Positions 11,960 through 22,374 of a DNA stretch of 64,000 nucleotides are shown piece after piece; positions within the stretch are counted from its first letter, which is position 1, and each line of letters starts with the position of its first letter. The notes under the pieces are model-generated. The model saw only the letters and a program-made list of their open reading frames with translations. It was not told the origin of the DNA and made no database searches. The position numbers and the translations under genes were made by a program. Source of the DNA: Candidatus Latescibacterota bacterium (lineage in GTDB: Bacteria; Latescibacterota; UBA2968; UBA8231); the NCBI GenBank assembly GCA_965197905.1, contig CBDAOB010000001.1, forward strand, positions 1-64,000. Direction: 5' to 3'.

Positions 11960-14900
11960 TTATTCACTGGCTGCCAGATCGTCCGATGATGTATCGATCA
12001 GCAAAGACTCCAGCTTATTCATACGAGCTTCGAGTTCGCCGTTTCGCTTCCTCAATTGGTCGATCTCACGTTTTTGTTCCCGCAGTTTTTCTGTTTGATC
12101 GCGGAGCCAGGCGTCCTGGTCATCATTGCGAACCGCTTCTGACTCGAGTTGGCGTACTGTCACCATTCGGTGCTCGCGGACCGTTTCGTTGAGCCCCTGA
12201 ATCGCCGCTAGTGCGATTCCCGGCGGGTCGATTGTTGAGATAGTAGTATCACTCTCGCCAATGTGGAAGGTGGCGTACAAGTCCTGTGCCATAGGCCCGA
12301 TGTGTTCGATGGATGGGTCCTGACTCTTGAAACTCCAGCGCTTGACTGGCATCTCCATGAGCTTCGCCAGTACTTCCTTGCCATCGAGAGTGCGGATGTT
12401 CCGTTTGAGGGTGCTGTCGGAAACGCCGCCCCAGGCGTTGGCGCCACTTGCCATTGTGACGCCGGCGGTGAGGGCCGTATTAGAGTAGAGCCGGTAACCC
12501 CCGTTGGCCCTGACAGTGAACTCGTCGGTGTTAATCGAGAACAGACCCGCGTTTGTCGTAAAATCTGCCCAGACGAACGCGCCATCGTGTTGGGCCACAG
12601 CGTGCCTGCCTGCCGCGAAGCTCATCGTTCCTGAAGCAACGTTGTTCCCGCCACCCGGAACCATAGCCTGGGAGCCGCTGGCGAAATTACTGAACCCGCC
12701 ACTGACGACCGCGTAGAGAGCGCTGGCCTCATTGAGCCGTCCTCCGGACGCCATACTGTAGTTCCCACTGGCGATGTTGCTACTGCCGCCGCCGACTACA
12801 GCCTGTAAGCCGCTCGCGATGTTGTTCTCGCCGCCACCGACGAAGGAAGATAAACCTGTGGCATCATTACTGCGTCCTCCGCTGATAACGGCGTAGACGG
12901 TACCTGCCGCGTTGTTCTGACCGCCACCAATCGCAGCATAGAGGTCGGTCGCGTTGTTCAGGTTGCCGCCGGCAACCGTGGCGTTGGTATTGGTCGCCGT
13001 GTTATTGGTGCCACCGCCAATGGTGGCTCGTAAACCGCTGGCATTGTTGGTCGCACCTCCGGCAACGGTGGCTTGTTGGCCACTGGCGGTGCTTGAAGTA
13101 CCCCCGCCTACGGTGGCATTGACGCCGCTGGCGGTATTACTCCCACCCCCTGCGACCGTGCCCTGATTACCGCTGGCGGTATTTGCGGAACCGCCCCCCA
13201 CTGTGGCTTGCAAGCCGAGGGCGGTATTGTTCTGGCCGGCGGCGACAGTGGTGTGTGTATTGGTGGTGGCCGTGTTTCCTTCACCTCCACCCACAGTCGC
13301 GTAGTTGCCGCCTGCTGTGTTGCTGGAACCGCCGGCGATGACTGCGAGGATACCGGAGGCGATGTTATTTTCCCCACCACCAACGACCGCCGAGTTACCC
13401 GTGGCGTCGCTGCTGTGGCCGCCGCTGACCACGGAGTAGACGCCGGCGGCGATGTTCCCTGCGGGAGCAGTGGCACCGCCCCCTCCACCGACAGTGGCAA
13501 AGTCACCACTGGCCGTGTTCTGCTGACCACCGCCGATCGTAGCCTGTAGACCGCTGGCGGTGTTGTTAATGCCGCCGACGACGGCAGAGTAGGTATTGCT
13601 GGCCGTGTTAAGCCTTCCTCCAGCTATTGCGGACTCCTGCCCACTAGCGGTATTGGTATTGTCCCCGCCGACGAAAGAGTACTGGGCACCGCTTGCCGTG
13701 TTGCTGGTGCCACCCGTTACGGCACCGCCAGGAGCGCTCGCCGTGTTGTTTAACCCCCCGGCGATAACGGAACTGTTGCCTGTAGCATCGTTTCCCTGAC
13801 CACCCGCCACCGTCGCGTTTAGCTGGGTTGCGGTGTTCCTTTGCCCGCCGCCTATGGTGGCGTGGGTGCCTGTGTTGACGCTGTTTCGTTCACCGCCGCC
13901 GACTGTGGCGTAGTCAGTGGTGGCGGTGTTGCTGGAACCGCCGCTTATCACGGACAGGCTGCCGCTGGCGATGTTGTTTTCGCCGCCACCGGCGACCGAA
14001 GAGCCACCTATTGCGTCGTTGCTGCGACCTCCGCTAATAACGGAGTAGACCCCGCTGGCCGTGTTGCCCTTGCCGACAGCGCCTCCTCCTCCTCCAATGG
14101 TGGAGTTGAAAGCAGAGGCAGTGTTGTTCTGACCCCCGCCGACTGTGGAGTTTTGGCCGCTGGCGGTGTTTAGCTCGCCACCGCTGACCGTGGCGCGGAA
14201 GCTGCTGGCGGTGTTGTTCTGACCACCACCCACCGTGGAGTTTTGGCCGCTGGCGGTGTTGGTAAAACCCCCGCCGACCGAAGCGCTTTGGCCGCTAGAC
14301 GTGTTGGTTTGCCCACCGCTGAGGGTGGCATTGCTGCCGCTCGCGGTGTTGTTTGCGCCTCCCCCGATGGTGGCGTTGAAAGCCGAGACGGTGTTGTTCT
14401 GGCCGCCGCCGATGGTGGCGTGGGTATTGTTGGCTGTGTTGCGCTCACCGCCACCGATGGTAGCGTAATTACTGTTCGCCGTGTTACTGCTACCGCCACC
14501 TACAACGGCCAGGATTCCGGAGGCAATATTGTTCTCGCCCCCGCCTACAGCAGAAGAATTGCCAATTGCGTCGTTGCTGCGGCCGCCGCTGACCACTGAG
14601 TAAACACCGCTGGCGGTGTTGCCCTCTCCAGCGTTCGCACCTCCTCCGCCGCCGACCGTGGCGTAGTCGGCACTGGCGGTGTTACGCCTACCCCCTCCAA
14701 CGGTGGCCAAAAGCCCACTGGCGGTGCCCATGGAGCCGCCACTGACGGTTGCACGTGATCCGCTGGCGGTGTTGGTCTGGCCCCCACCGACCGTCGATTG
14801 GATGCCACTGGCTATGTTGCCCTGACCACCGCCCGCGGTTGCGTAGGTGTTGCTAGCGGTGTTGTCCAGGCCACCTGCGACGGTTGAATTCGTACCTATA

Positions 14901-15534
14901 TTGGCGTCGTCCCATGCGGTGCCCGTAACTGCCCCTGCTCTAAACGCCCCTTTCGCCGGCACCCACATCAACCGCGTTCCCGCACCCGATACGGGCGTAC
15001 TCCCAGTCGTACCTTCAACCAGCAAAACCCCATTGACCTTGAACCCTGAGCTGATCAGCGTCGCGATGGTGACGCTGTTTCTCTTCAAATCCAGATCGGC
15101 TGCGGCCAGGTTATCGATAGCCGCAATGCCGTCGGCGGTTGCCGCTCTCAATGCGTAGGGGGCCGACAAAAATGGTTGCCTGGGTGATAGCGTCTCCAAG
15201 CCACTGCCGTCGTTGACCTGGATCTCCAAAAACAAAGAATCGGCGAAGATGGCGGTCGATATCGCCTCCTTGCTGCCCAGAACCACACTGAAACTTTACG
15301 ACGCCTCGAGCGGTGGCACCAAGAAATGGCCCGCTTGGTTACGGCGCCATTGGTGATCGGCTGGCCGTTCTCGTCGGTGAGCTGGCCGTCGTAGCTGATA
15401 CGGCCAGGAACCTCCTGAGCCATCGTCTGGCCGACCATGGCGCCCGCAAACAGGAACCATATCAGCAACGCCAACCTCTTAGTGATGAACTGGGCTAATT
15501 GTAGCAGCAAAATACCTCTGATTCGCTGGCACAT
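11960..15534 (-). pseudogene. Fibre paralog 2, interrupted by a 42-bp inversion with flanking deletions at 15294-15335
   Basis: ATG at 15534 (GGAG upstream) encodes the signal peptide plus QEVPGRISYDGQL..NGAVT. The remainder resumes at FSVVLGSKE and runs to the S74-like SDSTLKRNI. The LYDASSGGTKKWP codons lie on the opposite strand. Confidence 0.8.
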
Positions 15535-15590
15535 GACCAAGTCTCCGTTTTGGACGATATGATGCAAATTTGCGTTCGGGATAGTGATCG

Positions 15591-15625
15591 CTCATGTACG
15601 GAAATAGCTATCCGCTGACAAGCAG
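15591..15625 (-). promoter_or_regulatory. Conserved promoter-like motif upstream of fibre paralog 2
   Basis: Minus strand CTGCTTGTCA-N17-TACATGAG; matches 11919-11953. Confidence 0.45.
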
Positions 15626-15635
15626 AATTGTACTC

Positions 15636-18600
15636 CTATTTGTCTACCAATGGGGCTCCTCGCGTTGCGCGAAACAATATTGATTCCAGCTCAACTAGGC
15701 GAGCCGCCAGCTGGCTGTTCTGCTCCCGCAGGGCTACTAGTTCCCGCTCCTGCTGTTGGAGCAATTCTTCGTGCTGATCGAGGCGAAGGGATTCTGATTC
15801 CAGCGACTCCAGTCGTCGGGCAGTCAGATTGCGATTTTCCTTCACGACTGCATTCAGTCCTTGAACGGCTGCCAGAGCGATCCCGGGCGGGTCGATGGTA
15901 GAGACGGTAGTATCGCTCTCGCCCACGTGAAAAACGGCGTACAGGTCCTGCGCCATGGGTCCGATGTGTTCGATACTTGGATCCTGGCTCTTGAAGCTCC
16001 AGCGCTTGACGGGCATCTTCATGAGTTTTTCCAGCACTTCCTTGCCGTCGAGGGTGCGGATGTTGCGTTTGCGCGTGCTGTCGGACACCGCCGACCAGGC
16101 GCTGGCGCCGCTGGCCATGGTAACCCCAGCGGTAGCGGCAGTGTTGGAATAGAGGATATAGCCGCCGTTGGCGCGTACGGTGAAATCGTCGGCGAGCGTA
16201 GAGGTCAGCGTGCCCCCCTGGTCGGCCCAGACGAAGGAGCCATTGTTGAGTGCGCGGGCCGATTTTCCGCCCGCGAAGCTGTAATCACCCCACGAGGTGT
16301 TGCTGAACCCACCTGAAATGACGGCATATTGTCCGCTGGTGTAGTTGTTGGTGCCACCACTGACAGTGGCACCTATCGCAGCGGCCGTATTGTTACTGCC
16401 CCCTCCAATCACCGAAGTCGTAGCGCTGATCGTATTCAGCTGTCCACCAGCAATAACCGACTGCGTCGCACCGCTGATTCGATTTCGGTTCCCACCGCCG
16501 ATGAAGCCGTCGACACTGTAAGCGAAGTTGCTCGATCCTCCACTGATGACGGCTTGGTTGCCGCTGGCAAGGTTTTTCAGACCGCCACCGATAAAGGCGT
16601 GGTTGCCGCCGGCGGTGTTGCCCGTGCCTGCACCCCCCCCTCCGCCGACAGTGGAGTTGACGCCGCTGGCAGTGTTTTGGGAACCGCCGCCCACCGTGGC
16701 ATGAATCGCGCCGGTGGTGTTTGATGAGCCGCCGCCGATAACGGATTCTTGGCCATTGGCGGTATTTAATTGTCCTCCGCCGATAAAGGCCAGTTGGTTG
16801 CCGGCGGTGTTGGTGCGACCCCCGGCAATGGTGGCTTCGACGGCGCTCGCGGTGTTGCGGAAGCCGCCGCCGATCGTGGCATGTTGATTGATGGCATTGT
16901 TACTGCTTCCACCGGCGATAACAGCCAGGATACCGCTGGCATTGTTATTAAAGCCCCCGCCGACAAACGACATGTTGCCCGTAGCGTCATTGCTGTGACC
17001 GCCGCTGATGACGGCATAGAGGGCGCTCGATGTATTGCTGAAGCCGCCACCCACCGTCGCATAATCGCTGGCGCCGGCAGTATTGCTCTGGCCGCCGGCC
17101 ACGGTAGTCCGCGTGCCGCTGGCGGTATTGCTCTGGCCGCCTCCGATCGCCGTATAGGATTGCGTGGCCATGTTGCCGGTGCCCCCACTGACAACAGCGT
17201 AGGTATTGCTCGCCGTGTTGGCGGCACCGCCTCCTATGAACGACCAGTTCCCGCTGGCGGTGTGGCTCTGACCGCCGGCAATGGTGGGCCAGGTGCCGGA
17301 GCCTGTGTTGGAGCTGCCTCCGCCAATAGTGGCGGCTTGCCCGGTCGCCTTGTTGGCTGCCCCACCGCTCACTGTTGACTCTGTGCCACTCGCCGTATTG
17401 CGAAAGCCACCGCTAATCGTGGCGGCAGAGTTATTGGCTGTATTGCTGCTGCCGCCACTGATGACCGACAAGACTCCGCTTGCGATGTTGTTCTCGCCGC
17501 CGCCGACGACGGAAGAATTGCCAATCGCATCGTTACTGTGACCGCCGCTGATCACAGCGTTGACAGCACTTGCCGTATTGTTGTCACCACCGCCGACCGA
17601 AGCATCCTGGCCACCCGCTGCATTCTGGCTGCCTCCGCCCACAGATCCATGAAGACCGTTCGCTGAGTTGGCGTTTCCGCCGCCGACCACGCCATAAGCT
17701 CCTGTAGTGGAGTTTCCGAATCCCCCACCAATCGTCGCCCAGGAGTTGCTGACGGTATTGTTTCTGCCACCACCAATGGCCCCAAAATCCCCGCTCTCAA
17801 CATTTTGGAATCCACCGGAAATCGTTCCATGGGGATTGGTCACCGTGTTGTCTTCGCCACCGCCGACAGTACTGTAATTGTTGTTCGCGGTATTGCTGGA
17901 GCCTCCACCTATAACGGACAGAAGACCGCTGGCGATGTTGTTCTCACCGCCACCGATGGCAGATGAGTTGCCCGTGGCGTCGTTGCTGTGGCCGCCACTC
18001 ACGACGGCGTGTACTCCAGTTGCGGTGTGGTTCCGACCACCACTGACTATGGAGTACAGGCCACTGGCAGTATTGGTGAAACCACCACCGACTCTGGAAT
18101 GGGACCCGCTGGCGGTATTGGTTTGTCCCCCGCCAACACTGCCGTAGGCTGCAGAAATAGTGTTCGAAGACCCACCGGCAATTGTTGCTCCCCCTGCGTT
18201 GGCGTTGTTGTTGTTCCCTCCTGCCACGGTCGCGTTTATCCCACCGCCGGTGCCTGCCAGGTTACTCTGGCCGCCACCTACAAAGGCGTACGTCCCTCCC
18301 GCTTTGTGACCCGTGCCTCCGGCGACGGTGGACCAATTACCACTTGCTGTATTTCCCTCACCACCGCCGATTGTTCCGTGGTCGCTGGTTGCGGTATTGC
18401 TACTGCCGCCACTAATAATGGACAGGAGCCCGCTGGCGATGTTGTTGAACCCACCCGAAACTGAGCTGGTATTGCCGGAGGCGCTGTTGCTGTGGCCGCC
18501 GCTGATGACCGATGCGAACCCACTGGAACCGTTAACAGCTCCACCGCCGACAGCAGCATTCTGGCCACTGGCGACGTTTTCATCGCCGCCGGCGACAGTG

Positions 18601-19298
18601 GATGCGATGCCGATATTCCCATCGTCCCACTCCGTTCCCGACACCTTCCCCGCCCTGAACGCTGCTTTCGCCGGCACCCACATAAGACGTGTTCCGGCGC
18701 CCGATACCGGTGTTGATCCCGTGTTTCCATCTACCAGCAGTACCCCGTTCACCTTGAATCCGGAGCTGATCAGCGTCGCGATGGTGACGCTGTTTCTCTT
18801 CAAATCCAGATCGGCGGCAGCCAGGTTGTCGATGGCCGCTATGCCATCCGCCGTAGCTGCCCTCAATGCATATGGAGCCGAAAGAAATGGCTGTCTAGGT
18901 GCCAGGGACTCCAACCCACTTCCGTCGTTAACCTGGATGTCCAAGAACAGAGAGTCTGCGAAAATGGCGGTGGACATCGCCTCCTTGCTGCCCAGAACCA
19001 CGCTGAAGAGACCGCTCTGGACGCTCACCACATGGTCCTCGCTGGCACCAGAAGGCCACTTCTTGGTGCCGCCGCTCGAAGCGTCGTAGAGCGCGAACTT
19101 CATGGTTACGGCGCCATTGGTAATCAGTTGGCCGTTCTCGTCGGTGAGCTGGCCGTCGTAGCTGATACGACCGGGCACCTCCTGTGCCCCGCCAATTCCG
19201 GGCAAAAAGGTCATCAAGGCGACAACTCCAAGCGCCGCCGTGCAGGTCCGCAGGATCGATGTTAGTCCCAGTCTGAAAAAATGCGCCACGCGGGTCAT
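15636..19298 (-). CDS. Fibre paralog 3 (Gly-rich 14-aa repeats, S74-like chaperone)
   Basis: AAGGAG RBS before ATG 19298; same architecture as paralogs 1 and 2; SDSTRKRNI..HIGPMAQD. Confidence 0.85.
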   Translation of the reverse strand: MTRVAHFFRLGLTSILRTCTAALGVVALMTFLPGIGGAQEVPGRISYDGQLTDENGQLITNGAVTMKFALYDASSGGTKKWPSGASEDHVVSVQSGLFSVVLGSKEAMSTAIFADSLFLDIQVNDGSGLESLAPRQPFLSAPYALRAATADGIAAIDNLAAADLDLKRNSVTIATLISSGFKVNGVLLVDGNTGSTPVSGAGTRLMWVPAKAAFRAGKVSGTEWDDGNIGIASTVAGGDENVASGQNAAVGGGAVNGSSGFASVISGGHSNSASGNTSSVSGGFNNIASGLLSIISGGSSNTATSDHGTIGGGEGNTASGNWSTVAGGTGHKAGGTYAFVGGGQSNLAGTGGGINATVAGGNNNNANAGGATIAGGSSNTISAAYGSVGGGQTNTASGSHSRVGGGFTNTASGLYSIVSGGRNHTATGVHAVVSGGHSNDATGNSSAIGGGENNIASGLLSVIGGGSSNTANNNYSTVGGGEDNTVTNPHGTISGGFQNVESGDFGAIGGGRNNTVSNSWATIGGGFGNSTTGAYGVVGGGNANSANGLHGSVGGGSQNAAGGQDASVGGGDNNTASAVNAVISGGHSNDAIGNSSVVGGGENNIASGVLSVISGGSSNTANNSAATISGGFRNTASGTESTVSGGAANKATGQAATIGGGSSNTGSGTWPTIAGGQSHTASGNWSFIGGGAANTASNTYAVVSGGTGNMATQSYTAIGGGQSNTASGTRTTVAGGQSNTAGASDYATVGGGFSNTSSALYAVISGGHSNDATGNMSFVGGGFNNNASGILAVIAGGSSNNAINQHATIGGGFRNTASAVEATIAGGRTNTAGNQLAFIGGGQLNTANGQESVIGGGSSNTTGAIHATVGGGSQNTASGVNSTVGGGGGAGTGNTAGGNHAFIGGGLKNLASGNQAVISGGSSNFAYSVDGFIGGGNRNRISGATQSVIAGGQLNTISATTSVIGGGSNNTAAAIGATVSGGTNNYTSGQYAVISGGFSNTSWGDYSFAGGKSARALNNGSFVWADQGGTLTSTLADDFTVRANGGYILYSNTAATAGVTMASGASAWSAVSDSTRKRNIRTLDGKEVLEKLMKMPVKRWSFKSQDPSIEHIGPMAQDLYAVFHVGESDTTVSTIDPPGIALAAVQGLNAVVKENRNLTARRLESLESESLRLDQHEELLQQQERELVALREQNSQLAARLVELESILFRATRGAPLVDK

Positions 19299-19488
19299 AC
19301 GGTTGCTCCTTGAATGCAGATCTATCTCGGGAATCAGGCCCAATGACGAAAGGCCGGTATATGTGTATCAATGAAAGCAGAAAACGGTGCCAATCCTATG
19401 CAATCGTGGATGGCTGCAGAGTGATCCGCATCACAATAATGCGTGAGCGGGGCAGGGTTCAACAGCTTGATGGCCGGAGAGGGTCGAG

Positions 19489-19511
19489 CTGACCCAGGGA
19501 GGCTGGGTCAG
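19489..19511. terminator. Hairpin downstream of the SDR gene
   Basis: Perfect 9-bp stem ctgacccag/ctgggtcag; no clear U-tract. Confidence 0.3.
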
Positions 19512-19552
19512 GGTGATTGGGGTATTGTGGCGATAACCGGTGTGGGTTCAGA

Positions 19553-20323
19553 TTATCGGGGCAAGCCACCCTCCGTCCACCGGAAGAGCGGTACCGGTCA
19601 CCATTCGGCATCGTCGGAGGCGAAGAAGACGCAGGCCCGACCGATATCCTTCGGCAAGCCCAGCCGTGGCAGAAGCGTACGCTCAGCGCAGGCTTCGATA
19701 TCCTCTTTAGTGAGGTAGTCCTGGATCGGGGTTTCGATGTAACCCGGACAGATGGCATTCACGGTTATGTTGTCGGCCGCCACCTCCACCGCCGTGTCCC
19801 GGGTCAAATTCACGACCCCCGCCTTGGCCGGCGGGTAAACCGGTCCACCACCGCCGCGAAATGCATGGATTGAGGCGATGTTAATGATTCTGCCGGCGCT
19901 GGATTTCTTCAGACGGGGAATGGCGTATTTCGCGGCGAGGAACAGGCCTCTGAGATTCACCCCCATCACCTTGTCCCAGTCGGCAACACTGAGTTCCTGG
20001 CTGTTTCCCGGAACGTGGATGCCGGCGTTGTTGACGACGATGTCCAGACCCCCAAAGCGGGACACCGCCTGATCTATCACATTCCGCACGGCCGCTTCTT
20101 CACCCATGTCCGTCTTCACGAAATGCCCCTGCGAACCCAGCTTCTCCACCTCGGCTCCGGTGGTGGTTTTCAGATCGGTTTCGTGCCACTTACCCTGTTT
20201 CGGTGCTTCCTGGATATCGGCCACCACCACCCTGGCTCCCTCGCGCGCAAATTCCAGACATATGCCCCGACCAATGCCCGAGCTCCCCCCCGTAACAATC
20301 GCTACTCGATCTTTCAGTCGCAT
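19553..20323 (-). CDS. Short-chain dehydrogenase/reductase (classical SDR); 1-nt deletion at ~19601
   Basis: TGGSSGIG, NNAG and YPPAK motifs. Adding one G (tgg gtg) restores the C-terminus VTGTALPVDGGWLAR*. Confidence 0.88.
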
Positions 20324-20483
20324 GGTCCCCTCGCTTTGATCTGCCGGTGACGATTCCCAGTGTTGGATCCAATTCTAGCACAATCGCCGAGTCGTTCAAG
20401 GTGTCGCATCGGCTTCGTCGAAGGGCCGGAGGTGGTTCGAGCGGGGAGCATCCATTAGGGAGGCAGGATGGGCATTCGGAACA

Positions 20484-20614
20484 GGGGATTCGGCGTGATG
20501 TCCGAGCGGGTTCACGTGCCGCGGCGGCGCAGGATAGCGCCGCAAGAGCACGTGCCTCGGAGCCCGCCAGGACGGCGGGCGAGAATGAGCGAGGAGATCG
20601 GCGCGCGAATCCCC
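20484..20614. other. ~130-nt multi-stem palindromic intergenic element (ncRNA- or MITE/REP-like)
   Basis: Nested inverted repeats ggggattcg/cgaatcccc, tccgag/ctcgga, cacgtg/cacgtg, gcggcgc/gcgccgc, gcccgcc/ggcgggc. Confidence 0.45.
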
Positions 20615-20682
20615 ATTGACGGAACCACCCCTTCTGCCGAGCGTCTGTTCCCCCGGAAACCCATTATCGACAACTACTTGTC

Positions 20683-21300
20683 ATGCGAGCACACCGCCTC
20701 ACGATCCTGTTAATAGGCTTCCTTCTGCCATGCGGGTTCGGCTACGCCCAGGACGCCGAATCACCCGAATTCATCATGTCGCAAATCGAACAGGGCCGGG
20801 CGGCCAAAGACAGCTTTCTCGTGCACAGCGCCGAATCGCCGCTGACCGAGGAGATGAAGAAGAGCTTCTCCGGGCTAGAGTATTTCCCTGTCGATCTGTC
20901 CTACCAGGTGTTGGCCGATTTTCATGTCTATGGGAGACCTCGTCGCATCGCCGTTCCGACCAACCTCGAGTCGGTTATCCAGATGGAGCGATATGGGCGC
21001 GTTCTCGGGACTCGTGCTGGAAATCCCTTCTCCCTGGAAGTTTTCCGCAGCCTCGAAGACGGATCGCACCTGGTCCTGTTTCGCGACGCCACCAACGGTT
21101 CCGAGTCGTATTCCGCGGGCCGTTACGTGCACGTGTCCGATGCCGGAGAAGGATCATATCTTATTGATTTTAATAACTCTTATAGTCCGTACTGTGCCTA
21201 CAATAGCACCTACGTTTGTCCTCTTCCCCCACCCGGAAATACCCTCACGTTTCCGATCAGTGCGGGCGAGAAAGATACTGGCGCGAATCTTGCTCATTAG
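20683..21300 (+). CDS. DUF1684 family secreted protein
   Basis: Signal peptide; GLEYFPVD, FRDATNG.ESY.AGRY and IDFN..Y.PYCAYN..Y.CPLPP..N.L...I.AGEK. Confidence 0.9.
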   Translation: MRAHRLTILLIGFLLPCGFGYAQDAESPEFIMSQIEQGRAAKDSFLVHSAESPLTEEMKKSFSGLEYFPVDLSYQVLADFHVYGRPRRIAVPTNLESVIQMERYGRVLGTRAGNPFSLEVFRSLEDGSHLVLFRDATNGSESYSAGRYVHVSDAGEGSYLIDFNNSYSPYCAYNSTYVCPLPPPGNTLTFPISAGEKDTGANLAH

Positions 21301-21366
21301 GGCGCGGACCCCTATCTTGAATTAGGTATCAACGATCGTTGTATCCTCAATATTAGGAGGGGTCTT

Positions 21367-21597
21367 GTGAACAAGAACATGTTCACCCGAGATTTCGATT
21401 TCAAACTTGAAGGTACCATCAACCGCTATGCCGCCTGCCGCGCACTGTCGCGCCGAGCCCGCAATGTCAACACCGAGACCCAACACCCCGAAGAAGAAGA
21501 ATCCCTGGTCTCGGAGCCCAACCCCGCCGTCACCGCCCTCTCCGACTACGCTGAGGGACGGATCGATCTCGCCGACGAAGCCGACGAGCAAGAGTAA
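21367..21597 (+). CDS. rpoZ: RNA polymerase omega subunit (divergent)
   Basis: 76 aa with NRY....SRRAR...P...AL..Y.EG.I pattern; AGGAGG RBS. Confidence 0.7.
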   Translation: MNKNMFTRDFDFKLEGTINRYAACRALSRRARNVNTETQHPEEEESLVSEPNPAVTALSDYAEGRIDLADEADEQE

Positions 21598-21654
21598 AAC
21601 TAGCCCCGACCTACTTCTCGTTTCCTTCACACCCTCACTGGGCAACCCGGAGGC

Positions 21655-22311
21655 GTGGAAGTGAGACGTTTTATTATTGCTTTTGTCTTGGGCGCCGTGT
21701 TGATCGGCATCGCGCTCGTTGGAATTGGGCTTGGCTCTCATCCGGAGCGTTTTGCTTCATTGCGCACCTTGCTGATTCACAGCCTCACCCTGGTTATGGG
21801 AGCAGCTATCATCGGTTCGGGCATGGTCGGCATGGCCGAGGGGTATGAGAAGGTATCCCGGCGCCTGGCAGAGCTCATGAGGTCGCGATCGGTCGCCGAT
21901 ACTGAGGCTTCGCTGAAAACGACGGCAGAGCTGGATTCCCGCGATCGCACCTTCTGGACGGCCTACCGCAACTCGTCGCTGGCGGTGGCCCTGTTCATGG
22001 CCGCCATTCTAGCTATAACGGTAAGCACGACCGGGTATTCACATCTAGCCTATCTCGCCTGCCTCAGTGCCGGAACCGCCCTCTTCGGGGTGACCGCACT
22101 GCTATTCACCTATCGTGGCATGCGGGCCATTCGACACCGGCAGGTGGAGGTTCGCCAGGCTGCGGAACAGCTGGAAGATCTGCCGGAAGCGGTCGAGGAA
22201 GTGCCCGCACCACAGACTCAGCGGGCACAGTGGCGTACTCGCCGCACCAATCCACGCTACTCCGTGGAGTCCTACCGACGTCGGGTGCGCGACTCGTCCA
22301 GGCCATTGTAG
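21655..22311 (+). CDS. Hypothetical membrane protein (~4 TM)
   Basis: Four hydrophobic segments and a charged C-terminal tail; start at 21655 or 21661. Confidence 0.7.
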   Translation: MEVRRFIIAFVLGAVLIGIALVGIGLGSHPERFASLRTLLIHSLTLVMGAAIIGSGMVGMAEGYEKVSRRLAELMRSRSVADTEASLKTTAELDSRDRTFWTAYRNSSLAVALFMAAILAITVSTTGYSHLAYLACLSAGTALFGVTALLFTYRGMRAIRHRQVEVRQAAEQLEDLPEAVEEVPAPQTQRAQWRTRRTNPRYSVESYRRRVRDSSRPL

Positions 22312-22344
22312 GCACCTGACGGTAGCGCTTCCTTCCGTATCTGC

Positions 22345-22374
22345 TTGACCCTGCCGCCCTGACCCCTCTATATT
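22345..22374 (+). promoter_or_regulatory. Sigma70-like promoter
   Basis: TTGACC-N18-TATATT upstream of the two-component operon. Confidence 0.4.

Noticed and set aside
15294..15335. Shufflon or phase-variable invertible switch
   Set aside because: No flanking inverted recombination sites or invertase, and re-inversion would not restore the deleted codons.
8800..18600. 42-nt periodic repeats as a CRISPR array or DGR template/variable repeats
   Set aside because: The repeats are degenerate, in-frame coding units. There are no constant repeat-spacer units, cas genes or reverse transcriptase.
8284..19298. Prophage tail-fibre module or trimeric autotransporters
   Set aside because: The proteins carry Sec signal peptides, there are no phage genes in the window, and there is no YadA-type C-terminal barrel.
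20415..20460. tRNA-like 'ggttcga' segment
   Set aside because: No cloverleaf or acceptor stem can be formed.
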